64,000 nucleotides of DNA, taken from contig OX597828.1 of NCBI GenBank assembly GCA_951406725.2, forward strand, positions 2,418,001 through 2,482,000, in the 5' to 3' direction. Source of the DNA: Octopus vulgaris. Its lineage: Eukaryota. Positions 38,575 through 53,678 of this stretch are shown piece after piece. The notes under the pieces are model-generated. The model searched no databases. It had not been told where the DNA came from and worked only from the letters and a program-made list of their open reading frames with translations. Each line of letters starts with the position of its first letter. Position 1 is the stretch's first letter. The position numbers and the translations under genes are program-made.

Positions 38575-40330
38575 CTGCAAGGAAGAAAATAAAAAATACA
38601 TAAGAATTCTGAATTAAACATATGTCTTTTATCTTTTATTTGTTTCAGTCATTTGACGGAGGCCATGCTGGGGTGCCCAGGAGTTATTTTTTAAGGCCTG
38701 GTACTTAACCTATAGGTTTCTTCTGCTCAATCACTAAGTTACAGGGATGTAAATGCACCAACACTGGTTGTCAAACACAAACACAAAGACACACACAGAT
38801 ACATACATACATACACACACACACTCACACACATACACACACACACTCACACATACACACACACACATATGACCGGCTTCTTTCAGTTTCTGCCTACCAA
38901 ATCAACTTACAGCCTGAAGCTATAGAAGACCCTTGTCCAAGGTGCCACACAGTGGAACTGAACCTGTAACCAAGTGGTTGCAAAGCAATGCCTGCACATA
39001 TATATGTATACCAAAAAAAACCAATGTAATTTATGCATTTTTTTCACAAATGTAAAGATAAACTATAGGGGTTGCGTAAATTACACGAGTAGATCATTTC
39101 CAGAATTTGTTTGAAATTTCTTTTTGTTAGAAAACGGCATACAAAACGTAATTATTCATACCAGAAGTTGACCAGAATAAGTTTTTACAGAAAAAATATT
39201 GGCTTAAATAGCAATAATGAAGTTGACTTTTATTTATGCTGGATGGTATAATGCTTACTTTTTTCTGTATAAATTTACTAAAACCACAAAATGGTTAACT
39301 AGTTTTTGAAGTCTGGCGTTCATACTGGTAAACACAGTCTGGGCCATATTTTACAATGGAGCACATATTTAATTTCTCCTTCGCAGTAAATGACTCATAA
39401 GTTTTAAGTTTACTTGACATTTTATACGTGTGAAAGGGATTAAAATTTTGATACTCCATATCAAACGTTCTGACAAGAATAAATGGAAAAGAATTCTGTT
39501 TACATAATCAGCTTGATCAGTCACCTTCCTCTGTTGGTTGAGTAAAGTGTCATCCAAGCTGATGTTTATTGGTAATTATACTTAATTTTCAACACCTACA
39601 CATATTTATCAGCTTTGTTTTTGTTGTTAATTCTTATCAATAGCTTTTCCTGTGATTGTGGTTTGAGAAAACATACAGTAGTATGCTAAAGATCAGACAT
39701 AATCTCTTGTGGGCAAGAAATGTAAAATAAAGTTTATTATAAACAACACAAACATTTCGTAATTTAATAGCTTTCAATGTGATACCTATTTAAACAGAAA
39801 TTTTTTTTATTTCATGAAAATTTAATAAAATCTGATCAGAAGTAAGTGTATGCTAAATACAACTAAATTAAAAACCTTTTCCCCCTGGCTATATCAGCAA
39901 TTCTCAAAACTTTTAGGTGTGAATTTTGCATAAGTAGAAGATTTTTTAAACATATTTTATCCTGAAAATCACCTGCGTAAATTACACAGGTGCGCAAATT
40001 ACAAGGGTTTTTATGGTGTGTTGTTTTATGAATCATCATCATCATAGCACACATGCTGTTGACATGATAGCAAGAACAAAGGACTGAGTATCTACATTTA
40101 ATTACCATCCAGGTTGAAATCTCATAAAAGTCTGCTTTGCTTCTTAACTCTCTACAATCCATAAAATAAATTACTTGTTGTATACTTGGGCTTATTTCAG
40201 TGACTAAACAGCTTCCTTATAGATTCACACTCATATGCCAGTGTGAGAAATAATGAATATTTTATTTTTTCAGGAGTTTTAAATGGATTATTGTTTCTAG
40301 CATCAGATGAACTTCTGCAGAATTATTGTT

Positions 40331-41507
40331 AAGCTATGGACACACAAGAGGTGCAGCAATATCAAAGGAAGGCTAACTGCGAAGATAGCAATAAACACTG
40401 AAAACGTGCAGAGAATAGCTTCTGTCACATGTCAGGGGGAAAAACTACAAGTAGTTGATAGTGTCCATTACCTAGGTGACCAAGTCAGTAGTGGGGGTGG
40501 ATGCTCTGAAAGTGTAGCTGCTAGAGTAAGGATAGCTTGGGCAAAGTTCAGAGAGCTCCTACCTCTGCTTGTGACAAAGGGCCTCTCACTCAGAGTAAAA
40601 GGTAGACTGTATGATGCATATGTATGAACAGCCATGCTACACGGCAGTGAAACGTGGGCTGTGACTGCTGAGGACATGCATAAGCTCGCAAGGAATGAAG
40701 CCAGTATGATCCGATGGATGAGTAATGTCAATGTGCATACACAACAGAGTGTAAGTGCACTGAGAGAAAAGTTGGACCTAAGAAGCATCAGATGTGTCGT
40801 GTAAGAGAGACAACTGTGCTGGTATGGTCATGTGACGAGAATGGATGAAGATAGTTGTGTGAAAAAATGTCACACCCTAGCAGTTGAGGGAACCTGCAGA
40901 AGAGATAGACCCAGGAAGACCTGGGATGAGGTGTTGAAGCATGACCATCAAATATTGGGCCTCACCGAGGCAATGAAAGTGACTGAGACCTTTGGAGATA
41001 TGCTGTACTTGAGAACACCCAGCAAGCCAAGTGAGACCATAACTGTGGCCTATGCTGTATAACCAGCCCATTTAAGAGTACCCGTCAATCATTGGACAAT
41101 AAACTATGCTTGCGAAGACCTGTTGAGGCAAGTGAAATCGCTGTCGTGGCTGTTGCAATACCGCCTGACTGGTAACCATACCAGTGGAACATTAAAAGCA
41201 CCATTCAAGCATGATCGTTGCCAGGGCTGTTGACTGGTTTCTGTGCCAGTGGCACGTAAAAAAAGGACCATTCAAGTGTGGTCGTTGCCAGTACTACTGG
41301 ACTGGCTCCTGTGCAGGTGGCACGTAAAAAGCACCATTTGAGTGTGGCTGATGCCAGTACCACCTGACTGATCCTCGTGCCAGTGGCACGTAAAAGCACT
41401 CACTACACTCTTGGAATGGTTGGTGTTAAGAAGGGCATCCAGCTGTAGAAACACTGCCAGATCAGATTGGAGACTGGTGCAGCCTTCTGCAGACGTTAAA
41501 TGATGAT
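40331..41507 (+). mobile_element. RTE LINE 3' fragment
   Basis: Same family as 488-1804 (LWTHKRCSNIKGRL, YLGD, RPRKTW); multiple stops. Confidence 0.92.
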
Positions 41508-42877
41508 ACATGGTCTATTACTCTCCATTGGTTGCAACAGTGAGGGTTCCAGTTGATCCAATCAACGGAACAGCTTGCTTGTGAAATTAACGTGCAAGTG
41601 GTTAAGCACTCCACAGACACACATACCTTTAACATAGTTGTCAGGGAGATTCAATGTGGCACAGAATGTGACAAGGCTGACCCTTTGAAATACAGGTCCA
41701 TCTCATTTTAGGACTGGTGCAATGAGAAATAAAGCCTCTTGATCAAAGACAAAGTGCTGCCTGGTATCAAACTCACAACCTTATGATCATGAGACGAATA
41801 CCCCTAACCACTAAGCCACACGCCTTCACTGGTCTATTATTAACAGTTATTTCTATTTTGTTGTATAGAGTTGATCCTGACTATATAAACAGAGTTAAAA
41901 TTGCAGCCACATACCAATGTACCAAATAGCGTTTGTTGGTTTGTAGTCCATTACTGAACCTCTGGCCCAACCCCAGTATACTTAGCCTTCAATGGATGAA
42001 TTTATTTAGCTTAACTGTAAATAAGTACTATGGGAAGGTAGTTTCCACTGTTATACCCAGCAGATGCATACTGAATAATTCAGGCATGGCTGTGTGGTAA
42101 GCGGCTTGCTTTCTAACCACATGGTTGCAGGTTCAGAGGCACTGCATGGTACCTTGGGCAAGTGTCTTCTACTATAGCCTCAGGCTGACCAAAGCCTTGT
42201 GAGTGGATTTGGTAGACGGAAACTGAAAGAAACCCATTATGTGTGTGTGTGTTTGTATCTATGTTTGTCCCCCACCACTGCTTGACAACTGGTATTAATT
42301 CATTTGCATCTCTGTAACTTGGCAATTTGGCAAAAAGAGACCAGTAAAATAAGTACCAGGCTCTGACAAAAAAATAAGTCCTGGGGTTGATTCATTCAAC
42401 TAAGAGCGCTTCAAGGTGGTGCCCCAGCATGGCCACAGTGTAGTGACTGAAACAGATAAAAGACAAAATGTTTCTCTGTACTAAAATACTTAAATCTTGT
42501 CATTGTTATGGCAAAAGAAGAAGTTTTTTTTATCTTTTTGTTTTTAAAGTTACTTCTGCAAATGAAAAACAATATTATGAGATTTGATAATTTAATAACA
42601 GTTTCAAATTATGTTCATGGGTGGGTGTAAGTCAATTACACTGACCCCCAGTACTCAACTAGTATTTATTTTATTGACCCTAAAAGGATGAAAGGTAAAG
42701 TCAACCTTGGCAGAATTTGAACTCAGAATGTAAAGACAAACAAAATGCCGTTAAGCATTTTGTCTGCCATGCTAACGATTCTGCCAGCTTGCTGCCTTTT
42801 GGTAATTTAATAACAGTTTGAAGGATAGATGAAAATGTAGAAAGTACAAAAAGTATATAGAACGAGGAGCAACCTAC

Positions 42878-43107
42878 CGTCCAGCATCTTCAGACACAAC
42901 TGCAGTAAATTTGTCAGAATTATTAACAGCATCACAGATCAGCTGCATATTGATCTCAGAGCTGATAGTGTCCTCAGCACCTTCAACACATTTGTTGTTC
43001 TCTGGATGGTAGTCATTGATGTCATCAAGAAAATAACCATCATTGTGGGCAATTTGCTCTAAAGTCAATGTGTTGGCAATACCTGACACACCGACATGGA
43101 TTACCAA
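42878..43107 (-). CDS. PGPEP1: PGPEP1 coding exon 3
   Basis: gttctag| acceptor and CG|gtaggt donor; 230 nt. LVIHVGVSGIANTLTLEQIAHNDGY...VSEDAGR, containing the catalytic Glu (LE) and the DAGR motif. Confidence 0.97.
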
Positions 43108-43649
43108 CTAGAACATACAAAATAGAAAAGACTTATTATTCTGTGAGTCACCATTGTTGTTGCTACTAAAGAAACTAATCAACATTTGCAAAATAAATTT
43201 GTGATACTAGTTTCTATTTTTACAAGACAAACATGCTAGTTGGCCTATTATGTCCTCAAATAATGAAATTCCATTCAAATTATACAATAAAAGTAAAATC
43301 TTTACCAGTGACAGTCCCCAGTCAAATCTCCCACTTTACCCACATATCATACTTAAATGCTAGGAAAAAAGTACCTTTATAGACCTAATATGTTAAAAAA
43401 ACAAATTCCTCTATAGCACAACTGAATGTAGTTTAGATAACCACACACACCCACTCAATCTGCTCATGTAGAGAAATATTCCTTATATGTTCTAATACTC
43501 TCAGAGATTAGGAGGAGAAAAGGAAATGAACACTGATCAGTACAGAATCTGAAAGAGAAGCCTGAAGAATTGTTCCTTAACTCAAGAAAGATTCATAAAA
43601 TTCTTCACTTGTAAGATACTTCATATCTAGAAAATGAAGGGGAAGAGAA

Positions 43650-45189
43650 ATAAGGTGATTCCTTAGACAAAGGTAACAAACTGCTAGACCAGATGATGGA
43701 TGTTATATAAAGGGTCATTGCTCAACTTATTAGGAAGAGAGTTTAGATGAGATGCAGTTTGGTTCCATACCAGGTAGAGGCACTACTGATATTGTCTTCC
43801 AGCTGAGGAATCTGCAGAAGTATCTAACCAAAAAGAAACTTCTGTACTTGGTTTTTGTTGACAAGGAGAAAGCCTTTGACAGGGTCCCCCACTCCCTTAT
43901 CTGGTGGGCTATGTGGAAACTAGAGACAGATGTGTGGTTGGTGAGAGCTGTACAAGCCATATACAGAGCATTGAGTGAAAGTCAGCATTGAGTATAGCAA
44001 CAAATTTTAGTGTATATATAGGAGTCCACCAAGGATCAGTTCTCAGCTCTCTCTTGTTTATCATAGTTGTCCAGGCCATAACAGAAGAATTTAAGATTGG
44101 CTGCCCTTGGGAGCTCCTCTATGCTGATGATCTTGTTCTTATAGTTGAATCACTACAAGAACTAGAGAAAAAATTTCAGATGAGGAAACAAGGTCTGGAA
44201 TCAAGGGATCTTAGAGTTTATTTAGCAAAGACCAAAGTCCAAGTAAGTAGGAAAACAGACAAATCACTGATCCCTTCAGGGAGATGGCCCTGTTCAATAT
44301 GTAGAAAAGCTGTTGGTAGAAACTCCATTTATTGTACCCAGTGCAGGCTATGGACATATAATAGTTGCAGTGATATCACAAGAAGATTAAAAGAGAAAGT
44401 AGCCTTTGTGTGTGGCAGATGTGCAGGTACAATAAACAGTAGGAATGTGCAGAAAATAGACTGACTCAAACATCCAGGGAGTGGGGATCCTTAGAAGTAA
44501 TAGATAGTTTCCATTACCTAGCCAGTATGTTCTGCTGGTTGGGTAATTTCAGTGTTCATGTACAAAAGAGTGTAAATGATTTAAGACAAAAATTGGGTAT
44601 ATGAGGCATCAAGTGTAGTGTGCAAGAGAGAAGGCTGTACTGGTATAGTCATGTTATGCAAAAGGATGAGGACAACTGTATAAAAAAAGTGCCAATCTCT
44701 AATTGTGGAGGGAACCTGTGGAAAGGGCAGACCCAGGAAAACATGGAACGAAGTAGTGAGAAAGGATCTTCAGTCACCGGGCCTCACTGAGATGACAAGC
44801 GACTGAGATTTGTGGAAATTTGCTGTACTTAGGAAGAGACATCAAGCTAAGTAAAACCATATCCTTCCGTACATATAAACATGTCCTTTACAACTATGTC
44901 CCATCACTCCCTCTCTCAGTCAAGAGATCCTTGTCTTGTGAACTTGTGGGTGTTGGTGCCACATAAAAAGTACCCATGCCAGTGCCACATATAAAGCACC
45001 CACATAAAAAGTACCCATAAAAAAAGTGATTTGCATTAGGAAGGACATCCAGCCATAGATACCATGCCAAAACACACAATTGGAACCTTGCGCAACTCTC
45101 TGGCTGGCTAGCTCCTGTCGAACTTTCCAACCGATACAAGCATGGAAAAATGGATGTTAAATATTAATGATGATGATGATGACGATGAT
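43650..45189 (+). mobile_element. RTE LINE RT fragment
   Basis: QFG.IPGRGTTD, FVD.EKAFDRVP, GVHQGSVLS, LLYADDL, KTK, C4HC3 finger and (ATG)n tail. Confidence 0.92.
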
Positions 45190-48100
45190 ACAAATTTGTT
45201 GATGATACATAGACCTAATTTTGGCTAATGAATTCTTGGCAAAATGTATAGACATTGGCTTTTCTTTAGTGTTATAGTACAGGAAAGAAAAGAGAGTTTA
45301 GTCAGATTATAAGTACTGTACAAACTACACTGATTAAATTCACACATCCTAAATGAAAAAAATATGTATTTGAAAGTGACTTTTGAACTTTAAAGTGACC
45401 TTTGGTTCTGTGTTGTAAAGTGAACCCAGAGGAAATTATACAATCAACGTTATTGGTTTATGTATCCAACATTTAAAAGTTTCTAACTGGTTTAGAGGTA
45501 AACAATAACAATGCTATCAACGGCAAACAACAATGAAACCCATAAAAAAGTACAAAATGAAAAGAAGCTACATGTAAAATTGTAAACTGACAGCCTGAAT
45601 TAGATACTCTGTTAACAAATATCAAACACTTAAATATGACACTATAAAAATAGCAACAATAACTGATAAATATATGTTCACATTCTGAAGGTATTGAACA
45701 CCATGTAGAGTCCTCTGATAATATAACTTTAGGGTGCTCTTAGTGCACTTGCAAAATGGGCAGTGAAATTCACCTCAAACAAAAACCTACAGTAAAGTTC
45801 TATTAATCTGGGATCCAATAGTCTAGTAAACCTCATTCTCCAGCAATCTTTGATGCACTTCACTGTTTGTTTTTCATAAGCATTATCACTGGCCACTGAC
45901 AATCTATTGCCCAGTGCTGAAATGTTTTCTAATTGTCTTTATCTATTTATATATTGTCCATCCGTTTTTGAAAATACATTCCAATGTTTATAAAAGTAAC
46001 CAATTTGAGGAGGGCATAGGAAGAAAGCACGTAACTCTCACATTGTGTCTGGAAACTGATAGAGTACAGCATATGAAAAGAAGTGAAAAGTAGAATGCAC
46101 AAATAAAACAGATACTTCAACAATATATGATACTAAGAAATGGAAAAAAACAAGTTAGTGCAACAACTGATTGAACTGTAGCTGATTCAGCGATAAGAAA
46201 AAGTGTGGATGTGAAGCCAACGATCACTGAAAATGTTAAACAATTACAAGACCAGGGTATTGTGAAGAGTTGTGTATTCACAACTAACTGGTTTATAACA
46301 TGGCATTTGTAAACTTAATTTATCTAACAAAAAGAAGTCAATACATATTGAGGCTACTGAAGAATATGGTTATGTATTTGATAAACTGGTTAGTAAACAC
46401 TCTTGTTTCAATTTTTAAGATTTGACTTTCAATACAGATAATATGGTGCTACCCATATCCAAAGGATGCTAGACTAGCAGAACTGTGCATACAAACAGAA
46501 AAGATTGGTAGTGTGACCTCAAAGTTTCACCTTGCTTGCCTGAATCCAACTGTCTGTTGAAGGTGAGCAAGCCAAGACTTTGAAGTCACTGCCGATCTTT
46601 TCCTTGTAAAAGTTAAACCTAAAAGTTTTGATTAAGTCTTCAGTTTAATGTTAACTTGTTTTTATATATAACATATGCAATTTGATAAAAACATACATAC
46701 ATTTGTGTTTTCAGCTGGATGGTGCCATTTGCTGGCATTGCAAAGCATATCTGAGTTTTTTGACATACTGTACCACCTTTGTAAACAAAAGTCCAAAAGT
46801 CTCATTCATATGATATCATTTGTTCACAGTTCTCTGTGTAACCTTGTTTAGGCTATTTGTTGGTAAACCTCACAGAGAAACAGACACAAGTTGGCACCAG
46901 GAAGGACATTTGCTAACTGTAAAAAATCTACCCCATTGTACTCATGACCGATCCATAGAAGCAAGGAAAATTAGATGTTAAAATGATGATGATGATGATA
47001 TATATCATCACTTAACGTCCAGCTGCCATGTTGGAATAGGACTAGACAGTTTGACAGGAACCAATGTGTCAAAGGACTGCATCATCCTCCAATGTCTACT
47101 CTGGTATTGTTTCCATGACTGGATATCCTTCCTTCTTAACATCAACCACTTTACAAAGTGTGCTGAGTTTTTAGTGTAGCACCAGTGTTACTGAAAAACA
47201 CCTTGTAACCTCCAAGGTTAAGAATCTCAAGTGGCCCCTATAATTAAGGGAGAATAGAAGAGTAGACAATGATTCTAGGCAGAGGGATGAGGTATGGACA
47301 TGAAAAGAGAAGGTGGTGTAGAGTATGGCAGGGAACAGGGGAGAGGGAGGGAATTAGAGTTAGCGGTTATTGAGAAAAGGAGGGGAATGGAGTTAAAAGG
47401 TGACAGGGTGGGTTGTGTAAGGTGTGTTGAGTTAGGTGCCATGTATATGTTCTTGGGCTCGGGTGGAATTTACAAACATTTGTTTCCTGTACCGAAATAC
47501 TCTGCTGAAAACAAGTAACACAAATTTCTAAATTCATTTCTTTTTACTCTTTTATTTGTTTTATTCATTGGACTGCTGCAATTGTGGGTTCAAGTCTGGT
47601 GTGACAACTCTGAAATGTCATGATACTCTGAGATTCTACTGCAAATACATTGCATCATCTCAGCCAGATTCTTATAATAAAGTAGAAGCAGAGTTGTCAT
47701 CCTCATTATCCCCATTTAATGTCCAACATCCATGTTGGCATGGGTTGGACTATTTGACGGGAGCTGGCAAGGCTGGAGAGCTGCACCAAGCTCTATGGTA
47801 TGCCTTGGCATGGTTTTAATGGCTGGACACCCTTCTTAATGCTAACCACTTTAGAGAGGGTATTGAGTGCTTTTTTATGTAGCACCAACACCAATGGGAT
47901 TGCCAAGAAGTAACTTGTGAGATGAAGACCTCTCAGGTGGAAAAGGGAGTAGAACTGCAGGAAGTGGCTTTGTGCCACGTGAGAGGTTAGTGTGTAATAG
48001 AGGAATAGAGAGAGGTGTCTTACTACAGAGGGGGTACTTGGCAATCCCAGTAGGAAAAGAGAAAGGAGAGGAAGGCGAGATAGAGTGAGAGAGAAAGAGT

Positions 48101-48459
48101 GGTGTTTGAGATGCATCGGGACCTACCAATAGGTAGTGGAGGTGGGATGTCCAAGTGATACAGAGTGAATAGAGGGGGATGGTCAATAAGAGTGTGAAGG
48201 GAGATGTTTAAAGATGGGGAAGAGGTGAAAGTAGCAAGTGATGGTGAGAGAAATTGGATTGGCTGAGATATGTGAGGATGTGGAGAGTGTGTGGATAGGC
48301 ATATAAGGGAAAGAAGAGGGGCCTGCAGTAGGTAGTGATCGTGGGCGGTAGGATGTGGTGGTGGTGGTTTTGTGAAGAGGGGCTGCAGGGAGAGTTTTGA
48401 CAGAGAACAGATTATATGTGTGTGTGTGTGTGTGTGTGTAAGAGGTGGGGTATGGCCCA

Positions 48460-48860
48460 TCACAATTTGGCTTAGTTTGATGTGTCTTCTCAAGCACAGC
48501 AAATCACCAGAAGTCTTGATTGCTTGTCATCTCTGTGAAGCTCAACATCTGATGATCGTTTCTCACCACTTCATCCCACACTGTCTTAGGACTACCTATT
48601 CTACAGGTTCCCTCCACAATTAGAGATTGACCCTTCCATATGCATTTATTATGGATTCTAATATTATCTCACTATATCTGATTCCTCTTATGCCCACTTC
48701 ATTTCTTTGCAGTCTTCCCAGGTTCTCTGCATTCGAAGTCCATGTCTCACCACCATGCAACATCACAATTCCAACACAAACGTCATACAATCTGCCCTAC
48801 ACTTTTGCCAATAGTGGTAGTAGCTCCCCGAACTTTCTCCAACCACTTCCAACACAAACA
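48460..48860 (-). mobile_element. Decayed RTE fragment
   Basis: Reverse-strand similarity to the KFRELLPLL / VEGTC.RG.P.K.WDEVV region. Confidence 0.6.
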
Positions 48861-50084
48861 AGTTTACCATCATTTCAAATACAATTCTCACCAATGCTAT
48901 CTTAGTTCTGTCTCACAGTCCAGAACACTTTATGTCTGATTCTCAGGTTGCAAAACAGGTACAACATTATTCCTTTCTGCCTCACTTTTAGTTGTGTAGA
49001 CTAGTCACTTGGCCAACCTTCCAGTAATTTGATAATGTTTATTACTATCACCTTTCTTACTGGTTCTCAAAGCCTGTCACTAAGCTTTTATTGCCCTATC
49101 AACCAAATCAATTCAGTAGCCTCTTTGTCCGGTTTCCCAGTGATAATGTAATTTATCAAAATAGCGGGTTTGCCAGATTAGTAAGTGACGAAGTAGTTGG
49201 CTGGTTTCTTAAAGCATGCATCTTGCCATTTGTCAGGTCAGTTGTATCACAGAATTCCAGGAGACTTACACCCTCCTTTCTTTGAGATTATATCCCTAGC
49301 CTCACTATATATCAAAGAAACTATCAACATGTTGGTTAACATGTCTGTCAAAGTTGCCAGCTATGATAAAGAAGTTACTCATTTCTCAAGTGAAATGAGA
49401 CTGACAAAAACTAAACAAAAAATGCTTAAAAATTGAGGATACTATTACTATTAATATTTTTATGGTTAGTGTATTTTCCAACGACAGGCTTTTCCGTCCT
49501 TGCATTACATCTATTTTTTTCAAGCTACTCTGCATGGGATTTTGTTAAATTCGATATCTACATAAAGAAGCACAGTTGTTTTCACAAATTGATGCTCTTT
49601 TTACCACTGCCAAGAAATGTAGTAATTGTTATTGATATTATTACCATCACAGTCATCATCATCCTCATCATTATCATCATCTTCATCATGGATAGTAATA
49701 TACAATCTATTTGTGCACTGCTTTCACTTGTTGACTCCTCAGCAAGGCTTAACCTCCTAAGTCCGACCCAGCTACCTCAATCCAAGCTTACCATAGTGTA
49801 GGCACATTAATGTGAATGGAAGACAATTGCAATCGTCTCTTCTACATGTCAACTAAACTTCTAAGACAAACATTTCTTTAATTCTCTCATTTAACCTAAA
49901 TTTTATTTTCATTTTATATGAAAGATCTTTTTGATAAGAAATATCTTTTGTTGCTTCTTCTATATAAAAAGAAAGATTTGTATATTTGATCACTAAATTA
50001 AGGAGAAATTATTTTGTTTTTGAACAAATATGCCATATATAAATAGTTTAATGCAAATAATAGTTTTTTCTTCTTCTCACTCAC

Positions 50085-50254
50085 CACAGGATTGAATTCA
50101 GACCATAACAAGGGAATATCAGTTTTAACACTTTTATAAGCTACAGGTACTTCTTTAACAATAAGGCAGACATCATCACCAAGACCTAGTTTGGCTACAT
50201 GTTGTACTACAACCCAACTGGCGTTGACTTTGTGTACTCCAAAAGGCCCGAAGC
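50085..50254 (-). CDS. PGPEP1: PGPEP1 coding exon 2
   Basis: ttcttaacag| acceptor and |gtgagt donor; 170 nt. GFGPFGVHKVNASWVVVQHVAKLGLGDDVCLIVKEVPVAYKSVKTDIPLLWSEFNPV (peptidase C15 GFGPF..H.VNASW motif). Confidence 0.96.
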
Positions 50255-50500
50255 CTGTTAAGAAAAGAAGAAAAAATTAAAAAAATAAAATTTATTACAA
50301 CGAAACAGACATTAAGTTCATTTTCTTCAATACATTTTCATATTTCAGTTAATTTTTTTTTTTTTTCAGTTTAACCATCATTAAGCAGTAAAAGTCTATC
50401 TATCTACCAGCGACGATGATGACAATCTGTTGTTTCACAGAATTAGTGCAGTGTCTGGTTTAATTATGCTTTTTATCACACCATAACAGATGCTCTAGAA

Positions 50501-53500
50501 TAGTGTCTGCCAAACTGTGTGCTGCAACTGTGCCACAAAAAACATTTTTGGGATTCTTGGGAAACAATGATCCAAGAACATTCACAAAATTCGAGCATAA
50601 ATATAAATTAATTACATAAATCGTAAAATACAGTAAATATAGATTAATTACGTTACACAACAAACAGCAGTTTTGCTACAACATATTACATTTCTGCATT
50701 TAAACCAGATTTTCGAATTTTTATGTTTTAGATGTCGGCGATCACGAATATGCAACACAATTTTTTTAAAAATTTCACTGTCCCCGTCCCCAATTTAAAT
50801 TTTTGATTTTGTTTACTTTAAAGAGATCGTAACAAATTGACAAACAAATGCAAATTGAAATTAAATACAGACAAAAACATTAAAGTGTAAAAACTTTGAG
50901 TTTTACTTGTGTTTGCCTTAAATAAGCGTAAATAATAATATAATACAAATTAAATATATTAAAAATAATAATATAATACAAATTAAATATATATATACAT
51001 ATACACCACATCCCCATGTGAGCCATTTTATGAGAAATAAACATTAATATTTAATAGTTAATGTTATAAAGTTTAATAAGAGGCTCAAATTTCACCCCTC
51101 CCCCAATTTTAAATTTTGAACATTTTCATCCATTTATTTATTTGTCTATCTATTTATCCCTATCGTTTATTCATAAAATATATTTGTCAACTGGATGTGG
51201 CAGTCCTATAGAAGACGGTGCTACTGTTGTTTTCAGCCCCAGTAAGACATTTTATACCTATCAGTATGGTTATTGAAGTTTCAAAACGAGGTTTCTTGCA
51301 TATCTGGAATCTCCTTCATCTAAAAACATAGGAAAAAAAAATTTCAAAAGTATTCAAAATTTTTAATGGCAGGGGGAGGGATGGTGGTGGTGGTGGTGGA
51401 GAGGGTATTTTTTTGTTTTTTTGTCTTTTTGCATATTCGTAATCTTCGACATCTAAAATGTACGAATCTGAAAAAACTTTCCAAAAAGTACATTTTTCAA
51501 GGAGAGGTGCATTAGCCCCATAAATTGTTTAGTAGTCCTAGTAGTTTTTAATTTTTTATTCATTTATAATTTACATAAATTATTTTATATTAATTTTAAT
51601 CGATTTTTAATTTTAGATTTAAACACGAACAAATTTTTATTGAGATCTCAGAAAAATGAGAAAGAGAGAGTCATAGCAAAGAAGGCAAACACCAGAATAA
51701 AAAGTTCACCTCATCAAAACGAAAATATACTGAATATTACATCCAATATGGTTTTATATTATTGGAAAAAAAAAAACAACTCGGAATGAAGCAATGGTTC
51801 CCAGTAAATTTCAACAACATTTAATAACAAATCATCTGCAACATAAGGACAAACCAAAAGAATACTTTGAGATGCTAAAAAATAATTTACAAATTCAATC
51901 AAAAAGGCTGAAGAAATTTCACTCAATTCCTGAGAAAGGTCAAATTGCTAGTTACAAGATTGCCCAGCTTTTAGCAAAGAAGGAAAAAACATATTCTAAT
52001 GCTGAAAATATTATTTTACCAGCCTTAGAGATCGCCTTTGGCATAATTAGTGAAGAAGCCGTCAAACAAATTAAGACCATTTCTTTGTCTGCCCACATTA
52101 TTTCTCATAAAATTGAAGACATTTCGTGAGATATTGAGGATCAGCTCCACAAACATTTCACTGAAGCAAAAAATGAACTTGAAAACTTGTGGGCCTTACA
52201 AATCGATGAAAATACAGACATCAGCAACAAAGCTCAACTAATTTCATTTCTGCGAATAATCAGAGGTGGTAAGATCATAAGTCAGTTTTTCTTTTGTTGT
52301 GAATTGAAGGAAAGAATGACAGGAGAAGATGTCTTTAACCTGGTAGACCAAAATGTTGTATTGAGAGGGATGCAGTGGCAAACTTGTATTAGCATTTGCA
52401 CTGATGGTGCTCCATCCATGCAGGGTCGGAAAAAAGGCTTCGTGGCTCATGTATTACAAAAAAATTCACAAGTTAAAATTGTACAATGCATGATTCACTG
52501 TGAAGTTTTGGTGTCAAAATCTCTGACTGATGGTCTCCTGAAGATGATGGACAATGATGTTGAAGTGGTGAATTACATAAAATTACATTCCCTATGATGC
52601 AGACCTTTTGCATCCCTATGTGAAACTATAGATTCTGATTTTAAGAGTTTACTGCTTCATTTAACTGTTTACTGCGATGGCTCTCGAAAGGAAAAGTGCT
52701 CTCTAGATTTATCTCTTTGCGAGCTGAAATAATATGTTGTTTTGATGCTGAAAATTCTGGATTTGAATTTATTAACGATGATAATTGGTGGCTGGAAGTA
52801 GCATTTCTCCACAATCTTTTTTGAGAAGGAGAACATTCTAAGTTTGAGTCTGCAAGGAGCAAACGAAAATATTATTACAATAACAGGCAAATGGAAGTCT
52901 TTCACTGTAAAGTTAGAACTGTGGATTCTGTATCATTTTCTAAGTATTTTCCATCACTTGATTATCAAATGTACAAAAGTGGGTCATCAATCCTTTCGCA
53001 AGATATGACAGTACACACCTGCCATTAACAGAAGAAGAAAATTCAATACACTTGAAAAACGATCCTGTGCACAAGCCTTGTTTTCTGTGCTAGAATTGTC
53101 ATAATTTTGGATTTCACTTTGGAGCCAATATCCTCAATTAGCTACTACAGCCATTAAATCTCTGTTGCCCTTTGGATCATCATATCTTTGCGAATTAGGT
53201 ATCTCTGCATTTATGGAAATGAAGTAAAAAAAAAAAAAAAAAATGATTACAGATGGTAGATGAGGTGTTACATATTTGTTTATCTAATCTAGAGAGTCAT
53301 GATTTGACAAAATTCTTTCTCAAAATCAATTGCATCCTTCACATTAAAAACATTATTATTGTATTATATTACCTATATATATGTATATATATATATATAT
53401 ATATCACATCATCATCATCATCATATATATATATATATATCACATCATCATCATATATATATATATATATATCACATCATCATCATCATATATATATATA

Positions 53501-53678
53501 TATACAAATACATATGTATTATAAAACAATGTTATTTTATTGTTACTATAGTAATATATTTATTTTTATTCATACTAATAAAGTATATTCAATTTTGTTG
53601 GGATTTTTATTTGGCATACTGCAAAATAAATTCTCCTTGCCCAGTGTGTCATAAGGTACAAAAGTTTGGCAGACACTG
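50501..53678 (+). mobile_element. hAT-Charlie/Buster-type transposon, full-length relic
   Basis: TIRs tagtgtctgccaaact / agtttggcagacactg; TSD ctctagaa/gtctagaa; ORF remnants MVPSKFQQHL, ALQIDENTD, CTDGAPSM, CMIH, LRWLSKGKVL, LLPFGSSYLCE. Confidence 0.92.
50705..51480. mobile_element. TIR element nested in the Charlie transposon
   Basis: ttttagatgtcggcgatcacgaatatgcaa / ttgcatattcgtaatcttcgacatctaaaa inverted pair. Confidence 0.6.
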
